A stretch of 64,000 nt of DNA from NCBI GenBank assembly GCA_963848835.1, contig CAWKFB010000007.1, positions 6,366-70,365 on the forward strand, read 5' to 3'. Of the stretch, positions 30,051 to 40,285 are shown in pieces. The stretch's first letter is position 1. Each line of letters begins with the position of its first letter. Below the pieces are notes generated by a model that searched no databases, had not been told where the DNA came from, and saw only the letters and a program-made list of their open reading frames with translations. Both the position numbers and the translations under genes were made by a program. The stretch comes from Candidatus Aminicenantes bacterium. GTDB taxonomy: Bacteria; Acidobacteriota; Aminicenantia; Aminicenantales; UBA4085.

Positions 30051-30797
30051 CTAGAACGCCGCCTTCCGCTCTTCCCCGAAGGTGAACTCGGCCCCCAGGA
30101 ACCGCTTCCGCGCTTCCGGGTTCGCCGCGACCGCGACCGGCGCGTCCTCGATCAGGATCTCCCCGTTATCGATGATGCAGGCGCGGTCGGCGATGCGGAA
30201 GGTGTCCCGGACGTTGTGGTCCGAGAGGAGGATGCCGATCCCCCGCGTTTTCAACCGGGTCATGATCTTCTGGAGCTCGGCGATCGTCAGGGGATCGATG
30301 CCGGTGAAAGGCTCGTCGAGAAGAAGGAACTTCGGGTCGAGGACGAGGGCGCGGCAGATCTCGAGCCGCCGCCGCTCTCCTCCGGAAAGGCTGTGCGCCG
30401 CCTGGGATGCGAGCGGCAAGAGGCCGAATTCCTCGAGCAGGTCGGCGGCGGTCTTCTTCCGGACGCCCTTTGGGACCGGCCGGAGCTCGAGGGCGAGCTT
30501 GAGGTTGTCGGCCACCGTGGCCCGGAGGAAGACCGAGTTCTCCTGGGGCAGGTAGGTCAGGCCGGCCCGGGCGCGCTCGTGCGTCGGGACGCGGGTGATG
30601 TCCCGGCCGTCGAGGGTCACCGCGCCCTGGTCGGGCCGGAGCAGCCCGACGACCATCTGGAAAATGGTCGTCTTGCCGGCGCCGTTGCGGCCGAGCAGGC
30701 CGACGATCTCGCCCGCCCGGACGGTGACGCCGGCGCCCTTGACCACGGTCCGGGTCCCGAAGGACTTGACCAGGTTTTTCGCTTCGAGAACGGGCAT
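30051..30797 (-). CDS. lptB: LPS export ABC transporter ATP-binding protein
   Basis: MPVLEAKNLVKSFGTRTVVKG..GLLGRNGAGKTT..LSGGERRRLEICRAL..LLLDEPFTGIDP. Confidence 0.85.
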   Translation of the reverse strand: MPVLEAKNLVKSFGTRTVVKGAGVTVRAGEIVGLLGRNGAGKTTIFQMVVGLLRPDQGAVTLDGRDITRVPTHERARAGLTYLPQENSVFLRATVADNLKLALELRPVPKGVRKKTAADLLEEFGLLPLASQAAHSLSGGERRRLEICRALVLDPKFLLLDEPFTGIDPLTIAELQKIMTRLKTRGIGILLSDHNVRDTFRIADRACIIDNGEILIEDAPVAVAANPEARKRFLGAEFTFGEERKAAF

Positions 30798-30862
30798 GGA
30801 TTGATGAGGCCGCGCTTGGACCGTTAGAATACTAAGGGCATTCGCCTGGAGTGTCAAGGAAC

Positions 30863-31695
30863 GTGAAAACGGTTGTCAGCGCCTCGCGGCGGACGGACCT
30901 CGTCGCCTTTTACCCGCGGTGGCTCGCCGAGGCTCTCGAACGGGGATCGGTCGAGGTTCTCGGCCCCCGCGGCCGGATGCGAACCATAGACCTCCGTCCG
31001 GAATCGGTCCATACGGTCGTCCTGTGGTCTAAGGATTTCTCCAATCTGATCGAGGACCGGCACGGGCTGAGGCGCGCCCTGGACCGGTTCGATCAGCTCT
31101 ATGCTCTCTTCACGATCACGGGGCTGGGGGGAAGCCCGGTGGAACCGGGGCGCCCCCCGCCGGAGAGGCTCTTGCCCAGCTCCCGGGCCTCGTATCCATC
31201 GTCGGCGATCCCCGCCGCGTCTCTGTGCGCTTCGATCCCATCCTGACCTGGCGCGAGGGGACCGCGACGCGTACGAACCTGTCGTTTTTCGAGGTGTTGG
31301 CGAATCAAACCGCCCGGCTCGGGATCGGGGACATCCGTTTCAGCTTCGCCCAATGGTACCGGAAATCCGTCCGCCGGACCCTCGAGGCGGGGATGGATTA
31401 TGTCGATCCGCCGCGGGAGGAGAAGATCGAGGCGGCGGCCCATTTGGCCGAGATCGCCCGGGGATATGAGCTCCGGCTGCATGCCTGCGCCCAGCCGTTT
31501 ATCGCGGGTCGGGGGATCCTCCGCTCCGCCTGCATCGACGGCCGGCTCCTCAGCGCGCTGCATCCGCGCGGGGAGCGGGCGACCGGCGCTAAAGACGGAA
31601 GCCAGCGTTCCGACTGCGGCTGTACGAAGTCCGTGGACATCGGGAGCTATGCCCAGGCCTGCCCCCACGGCTGCCTGTACTGCTACGCGCAATAA
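30863..31695 (+). CDS. DUF1848 family protein, frameshift near 31200
   Basis: RBS AAGGAA + GTG; VSASRRTDLVAFYPRW.. N-terminus; C-terminal cysteine cluster DCGCTKSVDIGSYAQACPHGCLYCYAQ typical of DUF1848. Confidence 0.55.
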
Positions 31696-31723
31696 GAAAA
31701 CGGATCTTCAGGCTTTTCGAGTC

Positions 31724-31760
31724 GTTCCCCCTCTTTGAAAAAGAGGGGCCAGGGGAGATT
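31724..31760 (+). terminator. rho-independent terminator (for DUF1848 gene)
   Basis: CCCCCTCTTTGAAAAAGAGGGGG hairpin followed by a T-rich run (GATTTTTCGTTTTGTTTT). Confidence 0.6.
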
Positions 31761-31965
31761 TTTCGTTTTGTTTTATTGGGCAGGGCCGCAAGCCCTGCCC
31801 ATGGGGGGTCAGCGAAGCGCCGAGGGGGCGCCAGCCTCCTGGGAGCATTCCGTTCCTAAAAACTAAATAATAAAAGGAACGGAATGCGCATCCCCCCTGA
31901 ATCCCCCTTTGCAAAGGGGGAGAACATTTCCGTTGCCCACACAAAAGCCCGGAAGGACCGAAGAA

Positions 31966-32712
31966 TTAAATTCCGAGGGAGAGGCGCTCGGCCAGGGCGG
32001 GCGGCAGGTTCTCTTTGTAGATCTTCTTCTTCGACTCTTCGATGTCGTAGTCGATGCGGTGGAACTTGACCGTCCGGGCGTCGGAATCGTAGATGGCGAA
32101 CGCGGCGCGCGGGTTCCGGTCGCGCGGCTGGCCGACCGAGCCCGGGTTGATCAGGTAGGTGAGCCCCCGCTCGAGCTTGACCTCGTTCGCGTTCCCTTCC
32201 ATGAATGTGCCTTCGACCCCCGTCCGTCCGCTCGCGCTCGTGTAGACGAAGGGAAAATGGGTGTGGCCGAAGAAGCACAGAGGCAGCTTCAGGTAGTCGA
32301 ACGCTTCGGCCGCGTCGAACTCGCCGAAGATGTAGTAGTCCTCGTCGAACGGCGCGCCGTGGCAGATGGTGAACTGCTCGTGGACGACCTGCGGCCCCTT
32401 CTTCAGGTGGGTGAGGAACTCGGCGTTCTTCTTGATGATCCGCTTCTTCGTCCAATGGATGGCCGCCGCGGCGATGGGGTTGAAGGTCTCGATCGAATCC
32501 GCCCCGCTGACGGCCTTGTCGTGGTTGCCGCGGATGATGGACAGCGGCCTGAGGTTCCGGACCTTCTGGATCGTTTCATTCGGCGAAGCCCCGTATCCGA
32601 CCAGGTCGCCGAGGCAGACGAAATGATCGATCTTCCGCTTCTGGATGAACTTCAGCAGGGCGTTGAGGGCTTCGAGGTTGCCGTGGATGTCGCTGAAGAT
32701 CAGATACCGCAT
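31966..32712 (-). CDS. metallophosphoesterase (calcineurin-like phosphodiesterase, YfcE/MJ0936 family)
   Basis: MRYLIFSDIHGN..CLGDLVGYG..RGNHD..GHTHF.. metal-binding motifs. Confidence 0.8.
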   Translation of the reverse strand: MRYLIFSDIHGNLEALNALLKFIQKRKIDHFVCLGDLVGYGASPNETIQKVRNLRPLSIIRGNHDKAVSGADSIETFNPIAAAAIHWTKKRIIKKNAEFLTHLKKGPQVVHEQFTICHGAPFDEDYYIFGEFDAAEAFDYLKLPLCFFGHTHFPFVYTSASGRTGVEGTFMEGNANEVKLERGLTYLINPGSVGQPRDRNPRAAFAIYDSDARTVKFHRIDYDIEESKKKIYKENLPPALAERLSLGI

Positions 32713-33611
32713 GCGGGCTCTTTCCGGGAGTGCTGTAGGTTAGCATAAAGCTCATGGGCGTGGAAAGAGCTCCGCACGAGCGGCCCCGCTTCGACGCCGG
32801 CGAAGCCGAGCTCGAGCGCCCGGGCCTTGAGGCCGTCGAACTCCCCGGGCGGGACGTAGCGGACCGCTTCCGCGTGGGCCCGGGTCGGCTGGAGATACTG
32901 GCCGAGGGTCAAAAGGTCGCATCCGGCTTCGCGCAGGCCGGCGAACGTTTCCAGGATCTCCTCGGGCGTCTCGCCCAAGCCGACCATCAGCCCGGACTTG
33001 GTCACCGCCCCGGCGGCCTTGGCCCGCCGCAGAACCTCGAGGGAGCGCCGGTAGTGGGCCTTCGGGCGGCCGATGGCGGGGTAAAGCCGCTCGATCGTTT
33101 CGATGTTGTGGTTGAGGACCTCGGGCCGCTCGGCCAGCACGGCCGCGAGCGGCTCGGGCCGGCCGCCGAAATCCGGGACGAGCACCTCGATCCGGACATC
33201 GTGCCTTTTCCGCCGGAGGGCCCGGATGGTCGCGACGAAATGGCCCGCTCCTCCGTCGGGGAGGTCGTCCCGGGTCACGGACGTGACCACGACGTAGGCC
33301 AAGTCGAGCTCGGCCGCGGCCGCCGCGACGCCCTCAGGCTCGGCCGGGTCGGGAGGCAGGGGCGCGCCCTTGTCGACGGCGCAAAATGCGCAGGCGCGCG
33401 TGCAGACCGCTCCCAGGATCAGAAAAGTCGCCGTGCGCCCGGTCCAGCACTCGGTGATGTTCGGGCAGCGGGCGCTCCGGCAGATGGTATGCAGGCCTCC
33501 TCCCTTGAGGAGGGAGGAGACCGAAAAAAAGTCAGACTGGGACGGAAATCGGACCTTGAGCCACGGGGGCTTGGGGGTCTTCGGAACGACCTGAGGAGGC
33601 TGGAGGATCAA
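32700..33611 (-). CDS. lipA: lipoyl synthase
   Basis: PPWLKVR..GLHTICRSARCPNITECW.. and radical-SAM CTRACAFC; ~300 aa. Confidence 0.85.
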   Translation of the reverse strand: MILQPPQVVPKTPKPPWLKVRFPSQSDFFSVSSLLKGGGLHTICRSARCPNITECWTGRTATFLILGAVCTRACAFCAVDKGAPLPPDPAEPEGVAAAAAELDLAYVVVTSVTRDDLPDGGAGHFVATIRALRRKRHDVRIEVLVPDFGGRPEPLAAVLAERPEVLNHNIETIERLYPAIGRPKAHYRRSLEVLRRAKAAGAVTKSGLMVGLGETPEEILETFAGLREAGCDLLTLGQYLQPTRAHAEAVRYVPPGEFDGLKARALELGFAGVEAGPLVRSSFHAHELYANLQHSRKEPACGI

Positions 33612-33814
33612 TAGTCGAGATCTTTTTCCCGCTTCATCCGCCGGCGCATCCGCTTGCGCGCCTGGGCTTCCTTCATCCGCTTCTTTTCGCCCGGCTTGAA
33701 GTAGACGGAATGCTTCTTGATCTCTTTAATGATGGCTTCCTGCTGAACTCTCCGCTTGAACCGCTTCAGCGCGCTTTCAATGGATTCGCCTTCATCGACG
33801 AGGACAAACGCCAA
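33611..33814 (-). CDS. rpsU: 30S ribosomal protein S21
   Basis: RBS GAGGAGGTG, 6 nt spacer, TTG start; MAFVLVDEGESIESALKRFKRRVQQEAIIKEIKKHSVYFKPGEKKRMKEAQARKRMRRRMKREK. Confidence 0.8.
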
Positions 33815-33950
33815 GAAATTCACCTCCTCACATATGCAAAGGCCCATGAGTTATATCCGAACGACCGGCCAAAGTCAAGAAAACCGGGCGATTTCGCATC
33901 CTTGACACCGTTCTCCGGCGGGGCTTATAGTTGCGCGGGAGGAGACGAGC

Positions 33951-34583
33951 TTGAGACCGACGGCGATTCCCGTGCCGGCGCAGGGACCGGGCTTCGCGGC
34001 GGCGGAGATCGACCGCGACCGCCGGCTGGCCCTGGCCGTCCGGTCCGGCGACGAGGCCGCCTTCCGGGAGTTCTACCAGGCCTACCGCGACCGCATCTGG
34101 ACCTTCGTCGTCTATTCCGTCGGCGACGTCTGCCAGGCGCAGGACATCCTTCAGACGGTCTTTCTCAAGGCTTTCCGCGGCCTGGGCGGTTTCCGCTTCC
34201 GCTCGAGCCTGGAGACGTGGATCTACCGGATCGCCCGCAATGAATGCCGGAGCTACCACCGGCGGCGCGGCGTCCCGCCCATGCCGCTCGAGGCCATCCT
34301 CGGCAGCCGGGATGAGATCGACGGCCGGGCCGGCCCGCCGGATCCGGACCTGAGCCGGACGGTCCTGCGGATCGCCCTGTCGCGGCTCTCCCCCAAGATG
34401 CGCGACGTCGTCGTCCTCCGCTATCTCGAAGGGCTTTCCTATGTCGAGATCGGCCGCGTCCTCGGCCGCTCTCCGGGGACCGTGGCTTCGCGGCTCAACC
34501 GGGCCCTGGCCGAGCTCGAAGAGCATCTCCGGCCGTTCCGTCTTTCTTCGGGGGAAGCGAGTCGCCGGGAGGGGCGGACGTGA
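33951..34583 (+). CDS. RNA polymerase sigma-70 factor, ECF subfamily
   Basis: Region 2 (FREFYQAYRDRIWTFVVYSVGDVCQAQDILQTVFLKAF) and region 4 (LSYVEIGRVLGRSPGTVASRLNRA). Confidence 0.8.
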   Translation: MRPTAIPVPAQGPGFAAAEIDRDRRLALAVRSGDEAAFREFYQAYRDRIWTFVVYSVGDVCQAQDILQTVFLKAFRGLGGFRFRSSLETWIYRIARNECRSYHRRRGVPPMPLEAILGSRDEIDGRAGPPDPDLSRTVLRIALSRLSPKMRDVVVLRYLEGLSYVEIGRVLGRSPGTVASRLNRALAELEEHLRPFRLSSGEASRREGRT

Positions 34584-35311
34584 GCTGCCGCCGGACCGGG
34601 CCGAAGAGACGGCTTCTGCGCTACCTCGAGGGGGATCTCCCCGTGGGCAAGGTCGAGCGTCTGGAGAAGCATCTTCTTCGTTGCCCGGAATGCCGGGCCG
34701 AGATCGCCCGGCTCAGGACCGCGGGCGCGGCCGTCCGTGGTCTTTCCGTCGGGGAGGCCGATCCCGCCAATAATAAAGCCCCGGGGATCTCCGAGATCCT
34801 CTCCGGCCCCGCCGAGCCGTCCTCGAGGGTCGGGGGCTGGCTCCGGCGTTGGGAGATCCGATTCGCCGCCCTGGCGACGCCGAGAGCCGTGCTGATCCTG
34901 GCCCTCATCGTGCTCATGCTGTTCATCGCCGTGCTCGCGGGCAACCGGACGTTCTTCGGCGGCGGGCGGGACTTCTCTTCGTTCCGGACCTGGATCTCCG
35001 CCGCCGGCGAATTTCATCCGCTTTCCGTCTCCGAAGTCGCGGCGAACACGCGCCCCCGCATCAGCGTCGAAGGCATCGTCCACGAGGTCCTATTCGATCC
35101 GAAGGAAGGGATCCTCCGCTTCAAGCTCATCGGCAAGCCCTCGGAACCGGAGCCGTTCGTCGTCTGCGAGATCCTCGATTCCGCGTCCCTTCCGGCCGTC
35201 CGCGAAGGCGACCGGGTCCGGGTCTATGGGATCGCCCGGTTCGATCCCCAGCCCGGGCGCGAATGGCACGAGGTGAATCCCGTCCTGAACATGACCGTCA
35301 TCAAGGATTGA
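34580..35311 (+). CDS. anti-sigma factor (zf-HC2) with TM and extracytoplasmic domain
   Basis: Start overlaps the sigma-factor stop (ATGA); LEKHLLRCPECRAEI zinc-finger; one TM (AVLILALIVLMLFIAVLAG). Confidence 0.7.
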   Translation: MSCRRTGPKRRLLRYLEGDLPVGKVERLEKHLLRCPECRAEIARLRTAGAAVRGLSVGEADPANNKAPGISEILSGPAEPSSRVGGWLRRWEIRFAALATPRAVLILALIVLMLFIAVLAGNRTFFGGGRDFSSFRTWISAAGEFHPLSVSEVAANTRPRISVEGIVHEVLFDPKEGILRFKLIGKPSEPEPFVVCEILDSASLPAVREGDRVRVYGIARFDPQPGREWHEVNPVLNMTVIKD

Positions 35312-35314
35312 AGT

Positions 35315-37754
35315 GTGAAACGAACACCGACAGCCCTCGCCGCCCTGGCCCTGTTCGCCGTCCTGTCCGTGATCCAGCTCGCGCCGATCTCCTTCCGGCC
35401 CGCGGACGGCGTCCGGGACGCCGGAGACCCTCTCCTGAACTCATGGATCCTGTCCTGGGTTGCGCATCAGGCTTTCCGCGGCCCCCTCGACCTCTTCCAG
35501 GCGAACATCTTCCACCCTTATCCCGGGGCGCTGGCCTTCTCCGAGCATCTCCTTCCCGAGGCCCTCGCCGCGGCGCCTGTGGAATACCTGACCGGAAATT
35601 CCGTCCTGGCCCACAATTTCGCCCTTTTCCTCGGCTTCATCCTGAGCGGCTTCGGGACGTTCCTCCTCGTCCGGCGCCTCACCGGAAATCCGGGGGCGGC
35701 CCTTCTCGCGGGGATCGTCTTCGCCTTCAGCTCCTTCAAGATTATGCACGTCTCCCACCTTCAACTCCTCTGGTCGGTGGGGATCCCGTTCTTCTTCCTA
35801 TTTTTGCACCGCTTCCTGGATGAAGAGCGCGGCCGCGACGCCTGGCTTTTCGCCCTCTTTCTCGTCATCCAGGCGCTCGCCTGCGTCTATTACGGGCTTT
35901 TCTCGATCGCGATCCTGGCCCTCGTCCTGCCCGTCTTTCTTCTGGCTCCGGCGCCGCAGGCTCACGGCGTCCCTGATCGGGAAGCTCGCCCTTCCTCTCG
36001 TCCCGGCCGCCGGCGTCCTGACTCTGTTCTCGCTTCCGTATACGACCGCGTTCCGGAACATGGGCTTGAAGAGGGAGCTCGCCCTGGGGGCCGAGATACA
36101 GAATTATCTGGCCGCCTTTCCGACCAACCTCGTCTGGGGAAAGCTCCTTTCCGGCCTGGGAAGCCCGGAGAAGTACCTCTTCCCCGGCCTTTTAGCCCTC
36201 GTCCTGGCGGGGGCGGCGGCTTGGGGACTGCGAGGGACCGATCTTCCGCCCGCCGCGCCCGGGAAGACGCGGCGGCCATGGGCCGGCCGGCTCATCCGCG
36301 TCGGGCTCGCCCTCGTCGCCGGGCTCAGCGTGTTCAGCTTCGCCGCGGCGCTCCTCGGCGGCGCCGGCGTTTCGATCGGACCGCTTCGCCTTTCGGCCAA
36401 CAGCCGGGTGAAGCCTCTTCTTTATCTTTTCCTCGTCGGGCTGGCCGTCCTCATCCTCCGCCTGGTCCGGCATCTCCGCTCGCCCGCGCCTTCGGCCCGG
36501 TCGCGCTCGGTCCTCTCCTACTCCGTCCTCACGGCCTGGGCGATGCTCCTCTCCTTCGGGGCCGGCTTCGCCTTTTTGGGCAAAACCACGATGCTCGTCC
36601 CGATGCCCTTCCCCTTCTTCCATCGTCATGTCCTGGGCTTCAACGGGATTCGAGAGCCGGTCCGTTTCGCCGTTTTCGTCCTGTTCGGCGTCGCCGTTCT
36701 GGCCGGCTTCGGGGCCGAGCGGCTTCTCGCCGCGCTCAAGCGGCCGGGGACGCGAACGGCCGTCTGCGCCGGGCTGGCCCTCCTCCTCAACGTCGAGTTC
36801 CTGGCTTGGCCGATCGACGGCGTCACGGTCCCGGTCGGGCGGGACGTCCCGCCGACCTATCGCTGGCTTGCCGGCGAGCCGGCCGACGCGGTCGTCCTCG
36901 AGCTGCCCATGCACGACTGGATCCCCGACGAATCCGTCTATCTCTATTTCGCCACGATCCACCGCAAGACGCTCGTCAACGGCTACAGCGGGTTCATCCC
37001 CGCTTCGAGCTTCCTCGCCCGCGATGTCTTCCGCGATTTCCCGGACGGCGAGAGCCTGGAGTTCCTGAGGCTGTTCGGGGTGACCCGCGTCGTCGTCCAC
37101 GCCAAGATGCTCCCGGGCGGCCCGGACGGGGAGACCCGCCGGCGCCTCGAGGCCGCGGCCGATCCGCGTCTCAAGCTCGCCCGGACCTTCTCATATTCCT
37201 TCAGCCGGCCCAACTCCCTGTCCAACGAGCTCGGCGAGGACCTGGTCTATTCCTTCACGCCCGGTCCGGGCGACGGCCGTGCGGACGAGCGGGACGCGTT
37301 GGAGGGAACGACGCCCATCTCTCCGGCCGGGTGGACGATCACCGCGCACCCGAGGAGCGAAGGGACCAAGGCCTTGACGGACGGCGATCTGACCACCGTC
37401 TGGTCGGCGGGGGAGACCAAGCGGCCCGGGCAGTTCGTCGAGATCGACCTCGGCCGGGTCCGCGATCTGGCCTCGATTTCGCTCCGCGCCGGGTCCTCGT
37501 TCCATGATTACGGCCTCGGCTTCCGGGTCGAGGTTTCCGAGGACGGCCTGGGCTGGGAGCCCGTCACGGCGCGCTATTCGCGTGCGGAGTTCCTCGGCGA
37601 GCTGCTGCGGAACCAGATCGAGGCCGGCCAGACGCTCCGCTTCGACGCCGTCCGGGCACGACGGGTCCGCATCGTCCAGACGGGGACGTCGGACGAATTC
37701 ATGTGGTCCGTGGCCGAGGTCAGGCTCTTCGGCCCAGCCCCGGACGGGCGCTAG
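35315..37754 (+). CDS. large polytopic membrane protein (GT-C / family-39-like glycosyltransferase fold) with C-terminal F5/8 type C (discoidin) domain, frameshift near 35930
   Basis: More than 10 TM helices across ORF 35315.. and ORF 35820..; periplasmic loop with YFATIHRKTLVNGYSGFIP; C-terminus TDGDLTTVWSAG..GQFVEIDLG..RRVRIVQTG..MWSVAEVRLFG matches the discoidin pattern. Confidence 0.55.
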
Positions 37755-38467
37755 CTTTTTTTCAACCGATACCCGGCTTTGCGGACGCAGGCGCGGGCGC
37801 CGATCGTCATGGGCTCGATGAGAGGGACGGCGAGGTCTTCCGGCCGCAGGACGAGAGGCACCTCGGTGCAGCCGGCGATGATCGCGTCCGCCCCGCGCGC
37901 GATGAGGCGCCGGGCCATAGTGATGATGGTCGTCCGCGGCCGGCCGGAGGTGACGCCCGCTTTGATCCCGCCGGGGCCGATGATCGCGTCCATGACCCGA
38001 TCCTGTTCGGCCGGGGAAGGGGCGATGACCCCGACGCAGGCCTTGGCGAACGTCGCCGTCCAGAGGCCGGAGGCGACCGTGCCGGAGCTGGCGATGAGCC
38101 CGATCGTGTGGACGCGCGGGAGGCTCTTTCGGGCGTAGGCGAGCGTCTCGTCGAGAAGGCTCACGAACGGGACGCGGGCGGACTTGCGGATCTCGGCCGC
38201 CCAGTAGTGGGCCGTGATGCAGGGCATGACGATGAGCCCGGCGCCGCCCTTTTCGAGCCGCCGGACGCCGGCGCGAAGGCGGGGGAGGGGGCTCGGCCCG
38301 GTGCCGAGGATGGCGTCGGTCCGGGGCGGGACGGCGGGATCGCTCCATACGAGCGTCGGGATATGCTCCTGATCGACCGACGCTTCCGTTTGGGCGATCA
38401 CGGCTTTGAAAAAGAAAGCCGTCGCCTCCGGCCCCATTCCGCCCAATATTCCCAGTATCTTTTTCAT
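37751..38467 (-). CDS. Asp/Glu/hydantoin racemase family protein
   Basis: MKKILGILGGMGPEAT..VMPCITAHYW..IAGCTEVPLVL: two-cysteine racemase pattern. Confidence 0.75.
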   Translation of the reverse strand: MKKILGILGGMGPEATAFFFKAVIAQTEASVDQEHIPTLVWSDPAVPPRTDAILGTGPSPLPRLRAGVRRLEKGGAGLIVMPCITAHYWAAEIRKSARVPFVSLLDETLAYARKSLPRVHTIGLIASSGTVASGLWTATFAKACVGVIAPSPAEQDRVMDAIIGPGGIKAGVTSGRPRTTIITMARRLIARGADAIIAGCTEVPLVLRPEDLAVPLIEPMTIGARACVRKAGYRLKKS

Positions 38468-39600
38468 TTAAAAATCCCTTTGAGCTTGTCGAGCGGAAGC
38501 GGCTCGGCGACGTGCTTCTCGTAGCCTTCGACGCGGGTGGCCTTGAACAGGGAGTTGAGGATGGCCTCTTCCGCCGCTTCGGCCGCGGCGAGAAAGAGCG
38601 GCGAGATATTCTCGTTGCGGAGGAGCGTCACGGTCCGCGTCGGCGCCGGCGCGCGGTGAGGGACGCGAACCTCGGATGCCGTGGAAAAGGCGATGATGAA
38701 ATCGCCGCTTCCGTTGGAGTTGTATCCGCCCGTCCGGTGGATGCCGATCCCGGCCCTCTGGGCCAGCCGCTCCAGGTTCCGGGCGTCGAGAGGGGCGTCC
38801 GTGGCGACGACGATCATGATCGAGCCCTGGACGACCGGATCGGACGGCCGCCCCGAATCGAACGGGAAGGCCGACGGGCTTTCTTTCAGGAGATCGGCGA
38901 CGCGCGTCCCCGCGATCTGGAAGACCCCGCCGTGGTTCGATTGGACGATCACGCCGACTGTGTATCCGCCCTGGCGGGCCGGGAGCTTCCGCGAGCTCGT
39001 CCCGATGCCGCCCTTGTACCCGTAGCACATCGTGCCCGTGCCTGCCCCGACCGATCCCTCCGCGACCGGACCGCCCGCCGCTTTGCGGATCGCCTCGAGG
39101 ACGTGCTCTTTCCGGACATGCCGGCCGCGGATGTCGTTCAGGAAGCTGTCGTTGGTCTCTCCGACGACGGGATTGACCGACACGACGCCCTCGTTCCCCG
39201 GCAGGCCGAGGATGTAATCCAGAACGGCGTCCGCGGCAGTCGGGACGCTGAGCGTGTTGGTCAGGACGATGGGCGTCTCGATGGTCCCGATCTCGCGGAC
39301 TTGGTTCGTGCCGGTCAGCTTGCCGAATCCGTTGGCCACGAAGACCGCTCCCGGGACCTTGTCCTGGAAGATGTTCCCCGTATGGGGCAGGATGGCCGTG
39401 ACGCCGGTCCGGACGTCCGTACCCTCGATGATCGTGACCTGTCCGACCGCCACGCCCGCGACATCGGTGATGGCGTTGAGCGGGCCGGGCTCGAGGACGC
39501 CCGTCTTGATCCCGAATTCCCGGGCCCGAGGCCGTTCGGCCGGGGTCTGGACGGCGGCCGCGGCGAACGCGGCGAGGATGAGCAGCGCGAAAATCTTCAT
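38464..39600 (-). CDS. DmpA/ArgJ-fold peptidase S58 (L-aminopeptidase / D-Ala-esterase-amidase-like), secreted
   Basis: Signal peptide; GVAVGQVT..TGVTAILPH.. and the self-processing site region GAGTGTMCYGYKGGIGTSS. Confidence 0.75.
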   Translation of the reverse strand: MKIFALLILAAFAAAAVQTPAERPRAREFGIKTGVLEPGPLNAITDVAGVAVGQVTIIEGTDVRTGVTAILPHTGNIFQDKVPGAVFVANGFGKLTGTNQVREIGTIETPIVLTNTLSVPTAADAVLDYILGLPGNEGVVSVNPVVGETNDSFLNDIRGRHVRKEHVLEAIRKAAGGPVAEGSVGAGTGTMCYGYKGGIGTSSRKLPARQGGYTVGVIVQSNHGGVFQIAGTRVADLLKESPSAFPFDSGRPSDPVVQGSIMIVVATDAPLDARNLERLAQRAGIGIHRTGGYNSNGSGDFIIAFSTASEVRVPHRAPAPTRTVTLLRNENISPLFLAAAEAAEEAILNSLFKATRVEGYEKHVAEPLPLDKLKGIFK

Positions 39601-40285
39601 GGTTTGCTCCCTGCCCCGCTATCTTACCGCTTGGGTTTCTCCCCGACAAGTGCGACGCATAAGACCGGGGCTCCCGGAGGGCTTCCTGATCGGGACGCGG
39701 ATTTTTCCCAGCGAGAAAAATCCGCTCCCCGTGCTCGCTCGCTCTCCTCTCCCTCCGGTCGCGGAACCGTGCCCGCTTCGCTGCGCTGGCCCGCTCAGGG
39801 AGCCCCCCTCGCGCCCCGGATACATCAGACCGATTCGTCGGCGTTCGGGATGGGAACGGAGCGAATTCCGTCCCACGATCGGCCGTCGGGCGCGCGAGCC
39901 TGACGATCGGATGACTCGGTCGATGAGCGCCGGGACGCTTTTAAGACTCATCATATTCATCTACCCCACCTACCGCCCCTAAAACTAGGGGCGGACTGGC
40001 GGTAAGCGTCCCTCCGAGCACGTCGCTCATCAGGGTGACGCAGCGAATCGGCCGAGTCAGTCCGCGTCAGGATTTGCGAAAGCTAGCGCACTATCGCGGG
40101 CCGGTCGCGTTTTATATTGCGGGGCGCGAGGGGTGAGGGTTCGAGGGACATACGGAGGCGAGCGGGCACGGATTCCCAGCCGCAGGCTGGGAAGAGCGAG
40201 CCGGAGAACGAGCCGGTTCCCTCGCCGGGGGAACCGGCGTGCCCGAGAACCCTTACCCCGGAAGCCCCGTGTTATAATCGCGGCG
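39600..40285. repeat. repeat-dense non-coding island with members of a hairpin-forming intergenic repeat family
   Basis: 685 bp without a credible ORF; contains CCCCTCGCGCCCC (about 39793) and its inverse GGGGCGCGAGGGG (40112), plus hairpins CCGCCCCTAAAACTAGGGGCGG and CCGGTTCCCTCGCCGGGGGAACCGG. Confidence 0.5.

Noticed and set aside
39600-40285. Candidate housekeeping ncRNA (RNase P, SRP, 6S, tmRNA) in the long ORF-free islands
   Set aside because: None of the conserved core motifs I could recall (for example RNase P AGGAAAGUCCGGGCUCC, the SRP GGAAGCAGCC helix, a tmRNA tag reading frame) are present. The islands are better explained by the dispersed repeat family.
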